DNA from: Octopus vulgaris
Taxonomy: Eukaryota
Direction: 5' to 3'
Assembly: GCA_951406725.2 (NCBI GenBank)
Contig: OX597826.1
Location: 38,502,001 to 38,566,000, forward strand
DNA: 64,000 bases
Shown in pieces: positions 38,126 to 54,382 of the stretch. Positions within the stretch are counted from its first letter, which is position 1. Each line of letters starts with the position of its first letter. Position numbers and translations under genes: made by a program. The notes below the pieces were generated by a model, which was not told where the DNA came from, did no database searches, and saw only the letters and a program-made list of their open reading frames with translations.

Positions 38126-39420
38126 TGTAGGGAAACCTATATACAGAGCCTTGTTCCAGTCTGTCGTCAGCTCAAAGGCGTTTATCTTTATTATTCAATT
38201 TCTGTCCCTAGTAACTCAATATTGAATCAGATTTGTATAACATTTCATTGCTTTTCTCTTCAACGGCTTATTTACTTAATAAGTTTCGTCAGAGGAAAGG
38301 AGCTGCATCCATAACCTCCGTCGGACATCTAAGACGTGGGGAGATTGATGTGGTCGAACTGCAGGGGACAGTGTGGGTGAGGGATGACCTCCAGTGGGAG
38401 GATATTCTAGAAAAGAAAGATTAGTGTAATGGTTAGATCAGGATCTGAGAGGGAGTGAGAAAACTCCCGTTGTAGTGCACCTGAGCACTGTACACAATGT
38501 TTATTATTATTATTATTAAAACAAATGTATGAGGTAGGCATGGGTGGAAGTATAATGCAACCAATGAACTCTGGAGATGCAGAAGAAAATGTATACGAAG
38601 AAGAGTGTAGGCAATATATCCCTTTCTCCACGTCGAAGAAGGTTTAGAAAGATGTGAGCACTTGCTGCTCTCTATGATGCTATGCGGATGTTCGACCTGC
38701 TAGAAATAGCAGCCAGATTTCTCTTAATTACATCCTACCATATTAAGAAAGGAGGCATTGATTATGTTGTCTGGGTTATCTGTATATATATATATAATAC
38801 TGGAAAAAGAGCACAAGCAGGGATGGTCGTGGGTGTATTACTTTTAACCATAGCCCTGTTAAGAGTTTACCAGGGGCTAAACCATAAAGCGGTTGCTCGG
38901 CTTGCTAAAAAACAGTAGCCCAAACCCCCTGAGATTGCACGCTACTGTCTTTAAATAAAGGTTATATTGGACAATGGACGTACTGCTTAATGTACAGAAA
39001 ATGGCTGGGACGCTTTCCCTTATAGATCTGTACGTTCAGAGTTGACCTGGGGACTAAACAATAACGAATAATTAAACACAATTTAGCCCACCTTTAGCAC
39101 GACACAAGTTAACCGGAAGTTGTTAATTAACACCGAATTATTATTATCTTTTATCAATTGCAGAAATTTAAATTAAAGAAATAGAAACAGAGATAATTTA
39201 GCTTTAAAGATTTAAAAAGAAATTATAAAACTAAAAATTTTAAAAAATATTTTATGGAGTATATGAATAATAGAATTGCCAAATCAATTCTCGTTTGGAC
39301 GTAATTCTTGCAGAGAAGAGGAAACAGTGTTCGAAGTGTGAACATGTGTTGTTGCTGTGCAGCTTCTGCCAACTGTTTACATTCCATCTTTCTCTTTCTC
39401 AGCTGATTGACTTCTTATAA

Positions 39421-39524
39421 ATGGTCATGGCATCGGAACCATGTCCATTTGCATGGCTTCCCGATTCATTAATTCTCATGATCTTTCAGAATCTACCCGT
39501 CAAATCCCTCTGTATTTGTGGAGC
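39421..39524 (+). CDS. FBXL12-like exon 1 (F-box)
   Basis: MVMASEPCPFAWLPDSLILMIFQNLPVKSLCICG; donor GC|gtgagt. Confidence 0.87.
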
Positions 39525-39777
39525 GTGAGTTTGTTTTGGGGTTAATTATTTCTTTCTTAGGTTTTCTATATTTCTCACCCTCTTTTTTTTCCCTGTCTCG
39601 TTTCATGTTGTATCAAAAGACTCTTCTTAGTCATTTGCTCTTACATCATATAAAGGTATACACACACACACACAAATATAAAATGCACATGTGTACACAA
39701 AGCACACTCATTAAGTACGATCACAGACAGACACACCTATCTATCTGTCTATGTGTGTATATCTATCTATCTATCTA

Positions 39778-39849
<72 letters not shown>

Positions 39850-42800
39850 TATAAGCACATACATTTGGCGATCCTTCCTATTACGACTGTAAACTCAAAA
39901 TAAAATCCAAACAAACCATAATAACTAAACATGGCACAAACACGGACGTCATTAAATATTTAAAAACAAAACAAATATTAACGTTTATTAAATATAATTG
40001 TATATAAAAAAATATATTTAATAAGGATGGAACTTCTTGAATAAGGGTAGTATTTTGGGATTTAATATAGCTGTCACTAATGAATCGTTTATTTGCGAAT
40101 TAAATACCGGATTTTCTCAGAAACTGCACAGAACCCGTCTCATGTAATAATTAATAACCTTCGCTGTGTTCCATGGATTATATTTTATTTAAAATAGGTT
40201 GTTGTGATTTGAGGAATAGTTGACAGCTATTTCTTGTAGGTCGAGTAACCGGGAAGTGATTCCCATCGATCCGTTTTTGTGCCAAATGTCAAGGTGGTTT
40301 TTTAAAAAATTAATTTATTAAAATAAACTTGTTGTGGTAAAGTAATTACTACAGCATTAGATTTATCGTCGTCAGATAAATTTTCCGTTCATGCTTGAAT
40401 GTTGTTGGTAACGCCGTTCGTTTTACAAGTTTGGGTTCAAATACTGGCAACATCGATACTACGTTCATTTTGTGGGCGAGGACGGGGTCAGTAAAATAGA
40501 TAGAATCAGTTAAATTAAGCACACTCCTCTTACAAAAAATGATGAAATATTCTGCCCAAGTTGCAAATAATTGTTAATCCAATAAACAGCAATATTGACT
40601 TCTTGCATTGAACAGACACTTCCAACGTCTAGAGAATTTGTGGTGTTTATGGCTTCCCCTTTTAAATAAAGAAATCTTTTTCAATAGAGTTTAACTTGCC
40701 ATTCTGAAACTTCAGTTGGGGTCAGTTTCTTTGGCGACTGCTGAAGAATTTTTTTTTTATGTGGCCAATTTATTTGCCATAGGAAATATTTTGATGTCTG
40801 TTGCCAGAAATGGAGTGAGTGTGATTATGTCAAACTGTTTAGAATCTGTGTTGTTTAGTATGACGTTTATCTCAGGATGGTAACTCTTTGAATATATATT
40901 TTATTTTATTTGTAAAACACAGACTTATACATATAGATTTGCATAACCCACGGAAGGTTAATTACAGGTTTTTTTTTTTAAACTCGTCATCACTCATCAT
41001 TAATATTTTACGTCTATTTTTCCATGGGTTGTCATCGTTGAAATGGATCTCACAGCATCTCGCTGCTTGTTATGCTCCTTCGGTGCTTCACATAACACAA
41101 CAGCAGAGAAAATAGCCAATCTTCTTTCATTCTGTTGCCTAGATGTTTTAAAAATATTTATTGAACTCATGTAAACTATATTTAACACCATATAAGGCGG
41201 CGAGCTGGCAGAAACGTTAGCACGCCGGGCGAAATGCGTAGCCGTATTTCGTTTGTCGTTACGTTGTGAGTTCAAATTCCGCCGAGGTCGACTTTGCCTT
41301 TCATCCTAACGGGATCGATAAATTAAGTACCAGTTACTCACTGGAGTCGATGTAAACGACTTAATCCCTTTGTCTGTCCTTGTTTGTCCCCTCTATGTTT
41401 AGACCCTTGTAGGCAATAAAGAAATATATATTTAACACCATATATTTTCTGGAAGTTCATACAAACCATAAGTTGGACCTTGTCAAGAGATATACCTGGC
41501 TGACAAATGCTTCTAGTTTGTTCTTTACTAAGGGTTCCTCTAACAGTTTTCTTATCAATAATACATAAACAAAGATATTAATCTTTTTTTGTAAAAATGT
41601 TGTTTCTAGACTGAGGATGTTTCCTAGAATATAAACTGCAAACAGCATTTCTCTATAGCTATTTCTGTTCTTTTATTGAAGTGTGTGCAGAAGATGGAAG
41701 AAAATTGCTAACGACCCTGTTTTGTGGCGAACAGTTGACATCAGAAGTTATTCTTGTGATTTAAAGGCTCTGAAAATCTTAATGAAAGCACATTTTCAAA
41801 GTTCACTTCAATGCCTGAAACTGCAAGGATTCCGAAGAAATTCCAGTAAGTTTGTCACTTTTATTTCATATAGTTTTGTAATCCAGCTGGTTGCACATAA
41901 AAAGCACCCAGCATGCTCTGCAAAGGGGTTGGTGTTAGGAAGGGCATCCAGCTGTAGAAATCAAACTAAAACAGACAATTGGAGTCTGGACAGCTCCTGT
42001 TAAACTGTCTAACCCATGCCAGCATGGAAAATAGATGTTAAACGATGATGATAATAATGGTTTGTTTGTTGTTTAACTCCAGGTTAAACCTGATCAAGGA
42101 GGCCTATGACCAAAGTCACCGCAGCCCTGATCATCTTGTCCTTTTGTATATCAGAGAACCACCAGCTTCACCTGTAGACTAAAATGCAATTCAATTTGTC
42201 TCAGTTAATCTAACTGGAAATACATAATTGGGTGGCTACAGGGTACAACATCCACTTCAGTATTTATGTGGTTACAGAGCAGTACACCCACAAAGTAAAG
42301 CTGTGTGGCCCAGTACTAGACTGCTGTACTCGCAATCATAAAGTCATGGGTTCAGTTCCTAGACCAGGCAGTACATTGTGTTCTCGAGCAAGCTAATTCA
42401 TTTCTTCTTACTCCACTTTTGTGGAAACAAGTTGCATCTACAGCAGAATGGTGCTTCACTGATTTCTAATCGCAAATCTTTCTAAATGTTAGTGGTCCTT
42501 GATGTGCATGACCCTGAGATTAATGGACACTCACCTAATTGTTTGGGGAGTCCATACACTTATGCATTTAAGTGGTTACGGCATAGCGCATCCTTTTAGA
42601 TATTTAGGTGGTTACAGTCTACTACATCCACTTCATGTTTTAAAAATATTTCTTTTAACAATTTATAGAAAAATCTAGCCTCTACATGATCACTGAAGCT
42701 GCTAGAAATAACACCCGAAATCTTTCCAAAGTTCCATTCTGCTGTCTCAAAAAAAAAAGAAGCACACATTGGATAAAATAGTCCTAGATACATTATGTCT

Positions 42801-45211
42801 GAAATGGGATGGTCATGACTGGAATACCTTTAACCCTTTAGCATTCATATTTCTTTGTCAAAAGTAAAGCTTGTTTATTCACATTATTTTGAATTAATCA
42901 TGGATTATCTCACAGCTTTAAGATTTCAATGGTGTGTTTGTATATTTTTCGAATGACATTGTAGAGTAGGTGTGAGAGGCTGGATCTGGTCAGTTTGAAC
43001 ATAAAGCAGGTGAAATATTTTGGTCGGATTAAATGCTAAAGGGTTAATCATAGGTCTGCTTCTGGAGTTAAACAACAACCTCAGTTCCTGGATAAATTAT
43101 TATATTATCATCACCATTTTTATGTCTATTTTTTCCCCATGTTGACTTTGGTTGAATGAGATTTCTGGAGGTAGCATTCCATCCAGATGCCATTCCTGAC
43201 ATCAATCTGTGTTTTTTGAAGTAAGCTACTTTATTCTTATGTTGAACTGCTGCCAGACATTTTTTCTATGGAAGACCTAAATGTCACTGTGACTGCAGTG
43301 ATAAGCAAAGACACACACACATAACAGGCTTCCATACAGTTTCTATCTTCCAGTTTTAGTCACAAGGCATTGGTCAGCCAGGGTCTACAGCAGAAGACAT
43401 CTGCTCAAGGTTTTATGCACTGGGGCGGCACTTGAAACCTCATGGCTGTAAGGTAAACTTCTAAACCATACAGCCACACCCGTCGTCATCGTTGTTCTTT
43501 AACATCTGCTTTCCATGCTGGCATGGGTTGACCTATGTGCCAATTATAATTTGCAAAAGGAAAAAAAGCCCCAAAACTCACAACTGTAAAATTACTGTTG
43601 CTATAACCGTGGTTGCAGTGTGCACACAGACCCTTATGACCATGGAACAGTTTATACCCAGGGTTAATAATACAATAACTTAATGTTACAGTCATTGTTT
43701 TTCATTATATAAATGAATAATAATAATGATTTCAAATTTTGGCACAAGGTCAGCAATTTCGGGTGAAGGGGATAAGTCGATTACATCAACCTCAGTGTTC
43801 AACAATAGGAGTTGATAACATCTTTTACAAGTGTATAAAGATGAGTTGAAGTTCTATTTTACTTTCAGAGTGAATATCGTTAGATGTGGTGATGAGGAGG
43901 GATCTAGATTTGCTGGGCTCGAGAAGACTTGTCAAGTGAAATCATAGTTATAACTGTTACCAGTGACATGTGAATGGCACCTGTGCCAGTGACATGTAAA
44001 AGGCACCTGTGATGGTGACACATACAAGGCACTTGTGCCGATGACAAATAAAAGGCACCCACTGCACTTTGTGGAGTGGTTGACATTAGGTCAGGCATCA
44101 AACCATAGAAACTGAATCAAATCAGACTGGAACCTGGTACAGCTCTTTGGTTTATCAGTTCCATTTAAACCATCTCACCCATGCCAGCATGGAAAACAGA
44201 CACCAAATGATGATAATGTGGAACCAAACTTTTGAAAATTTTATTAAAAACAGATAATCAAATTTTATGATGAATATTAAATTGTCAAAAAAATATTTGT
44301 TTTTCTTTGAATAATCTGGTCTGAGGAAAAAGATTGCTTATGCTCCTTTGCATGTTCTCAGACAACTTTAAAAAGATTTTTTAGTTTTCTAAAAGGGTTT
44401 GTTTTTTTTTTAACCAGAAAGAGCTTTTAAAGAAACTTTTTTTAGTTTTCTTAATAAAAAAATTATAGATTTCTTTCAAAGATAGGACCATTCCTAGATT
44501 CTCTTGTGGTTCTATCAGTAGACGAAAATGATGTCTTGATATTTTAATGAGGTTTTTTTTTTTCTTGCAGGACGTCCCATCAAATGGAATTGTAAAGTTA
44601 TTTCCAACAAAGTTCTGGAAGACTTGCGTAACAAATGTCCCAATCTCAATAATTTGAGTTTAAAATCAGTTAATATACATCATATTGATGGTAACAAGTT
44701 AATGCCTTCATTAATTCATTTAACAATTAAAAGTTGTATGTGGACACCAAATTGGTTTTGTGGACTTCAGAATCAAATTCCCAATCTTCAAACATTGAAT
44801 TTGTCAATGACAACACGAGTGGATGATTTAGATATGAAAGACATCTCAGCTTTTCGATTCTTAAAAAAACTTTACATTAATTATTGCTATCGCGTGACAG
44901 ATAATGGTCTGAAAACGGTGTGTGATAACCTGACACATTTAGAAACATTTGAGTTTTCAAAGGTCAGTTGTACCGACAGTGGAATCTATTATATAGCTAA
45001 TTCCTTACTCATGTTGCAAAATGTAAATGTTGCTCATTGTACAATGTTGAGTGGGAAAAGTTTGGAAGAATTATTACGGAAGAAACAGTCTTTGAAATGG
45101 ATAAATGTAAGTTATTGTACATTGAATCCTCATGAACTGGAATTGTTGAGCCAATGCCGTGAAGATGTTTTGGTTTATAGACAATCAAAACTTGCCGAAT
45201 TCTTGGATTAA
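39421..45211 (+). CDS. FBXL12: F-box/leucine-rich-repeat protein, FBXL12-like, 3 exons, ~302 aa
   Basis: Exons 39421-39524, 41682-41845, 44571-45211 (909 nt, GT-AG, phases 2 and 1). F-box WLPDSLILMIFQNLPVKSLCICGAVCRRWKKIANDPVLWRTVD; then KCPNLNNLSL and LYINYCYRVTDNGL LRRs, colinear with FBXL12 as recalled. Start could be 39421 or 39427. Confidence 0.85.
39781..39846. repeat. (TA)n microsatellite
   Basis: Read directly. Confidence 0.95.
41195..41426 (+). mobile_element. Full-length family B SINE with perfect 18-bp TSD
   Basis: TATATTTAACACCATATA at 41177-41194 and 41427-41444; CpG-rich body; B-box-like GAGTTCAAATTCC. Confidence 0.92.
41682..41845 (+). CDS. FBXL12-like exon 2
   Basis: gaag|TGTGTGC...TCCA|gtaagt; VCRRWKKIANDPVLWRTVDI. 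Confidence 0.87.
42834..43043. mobile_element. piggyBac-type MITE with intact TIRs and TTAA TSD
   Basis: TTAA|CCCTTTAGCATT ... AATGCTAAAGGG|TTAA; perfect 12-bp TIR starting with CCC. Confidence 0.88.
44571..45211 (+). CDS. FBXL12-like exon 3 (LRRs)
   Basis: tgcag|GACGTCCC; open to TAA 45211; repeated LxxLxL motifs; AATAAA at 45221. Confidence 0.9.
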
Positions 45212-47653
45212 AATATTTATAATAAAACGTTCCAGACACACCAACTAATAAATTTAATTAAATTATTTTTTTTTTAATATTTGATAAACTTGTAAATATT
45301 TCTTCAGAGATTTTCTTAATAAATTTTCCATGAGACACTCAACATTTAATTGAAGCAGTTTATAATACAGAAACATGTTTTAATCTTGTGAAAGGGTCAC
45401 TGATATCAAGCTGGAGGGGACCAAAGAACATAAATCAAGTAATCGTAGAATACAGGGGTCAAGCATGCAAGGAGGGCTTGTAACTGTTGTTGTTTAACCC
45501 TAGGTCAAGCTTCATCTGGTGGACCTGTAATCAGACAAGTTTTAACTGTGACCATCCAGTCTTTGAGATACTGTGTATTTATGACTACATCATCGAATGT
45601 AATAGCTATTAAGAAGTAGGAGTGGAATTTGCAGGAAGATTTCACTGCTATTTCTAGTAAGGTAAGTGACCTTGTAGAGGCTTGATAAACTTTGTGATGA
45701 TTGGTGGAATATAAAGTGAAATGTTCAACTTTAATCTCTCACCTCTACAAGTCAAATTAGAAGATTAGGAATGAAAGGATTAATGGAGGTGCAAGGTGAA
45801 CTACCCTTCATTGGTCCCTTCACATAGCCAAATCTGCAGGAAAGGGAGGGATTGATCCTAATGCTTGACTGGTCCTTAATTCAGCAAACTCAAGGAGATG
45901 GAAGGCAGGGTTGACCTCAGCAGAATTTCAATTCAACCAACAAGACTGCCTTGTAAAAAAAAAAAAACATTCAGAAGGTGACAAGAAGGAACCACCTTTA
46001 TATTCTCCCACAAAATTTCAATGACAAATATAGTATTGGTCACAGAAGTGAGTAGGCACCATTTGTTGTCTTGATTGGTGCAAGGAAGAGAGTTTAATTC
46101 CCCAAAACATCACCAAACTGATCAATGTTCTGGACTGACCAACAGTAATACACCTGGTTATAATCCTTCTATTGATCAACGTTACACAGGGAATCATTAT
46201 CCTATATTTTTTATTGTAATTATTTGCAAGGTAATTAGAAACCTTATACTGGTGTACATGACACAATTGAGTTTCTGCAAATGGTTTACAATACTTTTTA
46301 ATAAATGTACTTTTATATCAATTATAAGTGATCCAAAATTTGACTTCCATTAACTGAACAGGGAGAGCCTGGTCTTCATAAATTGTAATGGGTAAAAAGT
46401 TAAGTTCTCAGAATAATTTAATGATATTGAATCTTAAACTATATGCCAATTGGTTTTGAATGTCAAGTATTTCAGAGCCTTCATTCACCCTCTACACTTG
46501 AGAATCACCTGCTGCTTTCTTTCTCCTTACTTAAATTAGTGTTCTATCCCTAAAATCTAATATTTAACAATGTTATTTTTTTTTTGTTAACTTGCATGTT
46601 TCTTGTTTCTCCTTATTCAATCAATCCAGTTAACATACAGTACTATCTAGTCAACCCACACTTTTAGTAATCCATAATAAACCAAGAAGTCTTTTACTGG
46701 GTTTTAGCACTGGACTGTGGGCATCATTTTCAAGGGTTTTAGTCTAGTCATATGAATCTAGTACTTATTTCAGCCAGGTGAACAATTTTTATTAATCTCT
46801 ACTTATCAAACTGCTAAGTTACACATTGATGAAGGACATAACAACACACACGTGATCGCTTTCTGCAAACTGCATTGCTATGCCTGTCACTGGATCTTTT
46901 AACTTTAAATTAGGGGCATCTCATGTGGATTACTTTAGCTACATCAACACCAAAATGCAGTATGTTGGGTTTTAATTCTCACTGAACATGAAATCACAGT
47001 AAACATTTATCTACAAGAATCCCTAAAACTTTGAAAAAACACAATCTTAGAAATGGAAGTGAAACAAAGCAGTAACAAAAGGCAATGTCTTTAAAAATAT
47101 TATATATTCTATAAAATAAGATAACAACATTGATTCCTTGAATTGGCAGGAGGTCACCAATTTCTCACTTGGTGTAATTCACTGGACAAATTCCTAGCAG
47201 TATATGACTGGTTATTATTTATACACCATAGGTGGGAAAGACTGTGTTAACCTCAGCAGGATTTGAACTCAGAACAATGAAACAAAATTTAATACTGAAG
47301 TATTTGTGAGGTCTTTTACTCCAATGAACAATCATTTCTACCAACCACAACTTGTTAATGTTGTGAATCACAGTTTGGATGAGCTGTTAGGATTTGACAT
47401 GTCACCTGGGTTGAGTCCTTCTTCATGTCTGTGACATAACCCAGTGAAAAAGGTGGCCAGTTTAAACAATTAGATCATTGTTTAAATGGATCGTTTCAAC
47501 AGATTGCAGTGCTGGGCTGAAATCTGATAAACTCGAAGACTGCGATAGAAAGAGACTCCAGAGTTTCTTTCAGATATTTTTAGGAGAATGCCAACTATCG
47601 ACCATTTGTGGTAGCATTAAATACAAGAGACCAAATACTGTTGGTATCCCTCT

Positions 47654-52022
<4,369 letters not shown>

Positions 52023-52554
52023 TTTCGACTGTAATTAATATTAATATAAATAATTATTTTATAATTATAAAGTCCAAATCGAACGTGAAAGTTAAGTAAA
52101 AGTCACTGAACCGGTGTAACAGGAAATGTTTCCCTACTTATTTTATGTCATTGTCTATCTGATTCCAAGCTGTTAAATTAGTATCTAGAATCGGTTGAGG
52201 CGTCGGAATAATAGTTAGCAGGATTTAGTTACTGTTGTTTAGGTTCTGACTTCAAATAGAGTCGAGATCAAATGTAGCTTTCTTCCTTCCGGGTCGATTA
52301 AATAAGTATCGATCTAGTACTGAATCGATAAATTCTCTATAGCTTCCCCACAAATTTGTTGCTGTGTTATTTGTTAGAAATCATATTATTTTATTATTAC
52401 CTACGATGTTTTCTAATACTTTCTGAAGAGAAAAAAAACAACAAAATATTTAGTTTATATTTACAACCCATTAACCAAAAATTTCTTTAATTTAGATAAA
52501 GTAATAATGTAAATAAATAAAATATTTGGGAAAAAAAAGAAACATGCTCCCCAG

Positions 52555-52800
52555 AAAAAAAATAGTCTGGCGGTGTAAAATCAGGTGATCTTGGTGGCCA
52601 AAGTCCCTTCGAAATAATCCATTCACTGGAAAACTCTTGAAGTAGTGCCGTGGTAATGCACAAAGCATGTACTGTTGCTCCATCTTGCTGAAAGTAAGCA
52701 TTATTAACTTCACTTCCAGTGAGTTGGTCTACAAATGGATAGACAATATTTGAGCAATATCTCTTCGTGTTGATGGTGTCTTCAAAAAGTCTCTCTGTAT
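52555..52800 (-). mobile_element. Tc1/mariner transposase fragment (DDD/E C-terminal part)
   Basis: YFQQDGATVH...EWIISKGLWPPRSPDFTPPDYFF. Confidence 0.88.
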
Positions 52801-53299
52801 AGCATGTTGTATGTTCACTCATGGAAATAATAGAAGAAACAAATAGTGAGACTTTATTCCTCTGCTAAATAATTCAGTGGACAAAATAAACACATCATTG
52901 GTTTTGGTAGTTGTATAGTTGTCCATTGTTTGGATAATTCAGCTCTGGCCATCGTTGGTTACATGTGTTTCGTTATATCAGCAGGAAAATAACATGACTC
53001 GTCTTCATGAAAATCTCTCTGCCATAGATGTTTTGTTAACTTAATATATATGCAGAGGTAGGCTCCAGCATAGAGTTAGGTTAGTTGTTTTAGAATGTAT
53101 TATGCATGTGATTGGATCCTCAATCCAATCCTGCATAATACTTGACCAATCAAAGTACAGGACTCAACCAATGTTCCAAACTTAAATGGTAGGTCAGACG
53201 GCCGACTATTATAGATTAACGTGTGGAGCCTATAAAAGGCTAGTCGACTCTAATATCCTGTAATAGAAATTGATCTTGTTACACACTTATTGACTCTAC

Positions 53300-54380
53300 T
53301 GAGAAAGTCTTCAGTGCTCACACAGATATCCAGGGACATCTCAATGAGCAGTCACAATACCTGAGAGAGAAAGTAGGACAGCCTATAGTTGCTGGAAATA
53401 TTGTCCCCATGAACCAGCTAGGCTGGGGGCCCTGTAACAGGGTTTGTGGAGGATTTATAGTCTTTCTGTAACCCATAGAGTGGGAACATTTTTGTTGGAT
53501 GTTAGTAAATTTTGTGTGATCCAATTTTTTGGTTGGAATATGTTGCACCACATTCCCATGTATGTCATGAGAAATTTCTCTACTTTTTCATGTTCTTGTG
53601 GTGCAACCTCTCTCATGTTACTGATGTGTTGTTTCATGGTCCACACATAGTTCTGCAGGCTGTCTACTGATGTTCTACAGATTTGTCGGTAGAAAGGCAT
53701 ACAATTTCATTGTTCCTAATATGCTGTTTAAACTTTTGTAAGTCTTTGGCGACCACTGAATCAAGTTGGTGGGCTTCCACCTCACTAAGCTTCTTAGTAG
53801 TTTTATTATACTGGTCTAGAGAAAATTTTGCTTCTTCTCACCATTCACATATGGTGGGATGCACACTCTTTTGTTGAATAGTAAATCATATTGTCATATC
53901 AATAGAACTTGTCGTTGGAGTTATAGCTGAGAATCTAGGGTGTCTTTGTTACTATTGTTGTTGTTGTGGTTGCTGCTGTTATTATTACGATTGCCATTGA
54001 TGCTGTGGTGGTTTGGGATGTCCATATTGTTGTCAGTTCTGTTGTTGGTTATCAGTTGTTGTTATCATTGCTGTAAGTATTGTGATAGTGTTGGTTTTGT
54101 ATGTTTCTACCAGAGTTATAATGTCCTAATTTCCGTCTTATTTTTGTGAATGTTTTTTTTTCCATTTCAGAGAGACAATCAATTCTAATGACCTTATATG
54201 TAGTGAATTCCAGTGGTAATCTCATGGTACACATTTCATCTGCATCCAGCTTTACTGTTCCATATTTGTTGTTGGTGTTGTTTGTGTACTGGCGTGAAAG
54301 TCATCTGGTAGCCTACAGTCTGACATAACCCTGTCAAAGTTGTTTGGGTATCCACCTTGGTTTTTACCATGTTATGTGCA
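53300..54380 (-). mobile_element. Penelope-like retroelement fragment no. 2 (N-terminal RT region, frameshifted)
   Basis: Across frames: RLPLEFTTY; LPFNKK; IRNNEIVCLSTDKS; MGMWCNIF; LYGLQKDYK...GPPA*LVHGDNISSNYRLSYFLSQVL, resembling the TDK and YGLxKxHK..PxRP motifs of PLE RTs. Confidence 0.65.
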
Positions 54381-54382
54381 CT

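Noticed and set aside
39111-39120. ETS-type CCGGAAGT motif upstream of the F-box gene
   Set aside because: A single 8-mer with no transcription start evidence is not enough to call a promoter.
40827-40880. Alternative first exon for the F-box gene (MSNCLESV...|gtaact)
   Set aside because: The phase is compatible, but it has no F-box similarity; 39421-39524 supplies the canonical LPxxxLxxIF motif.
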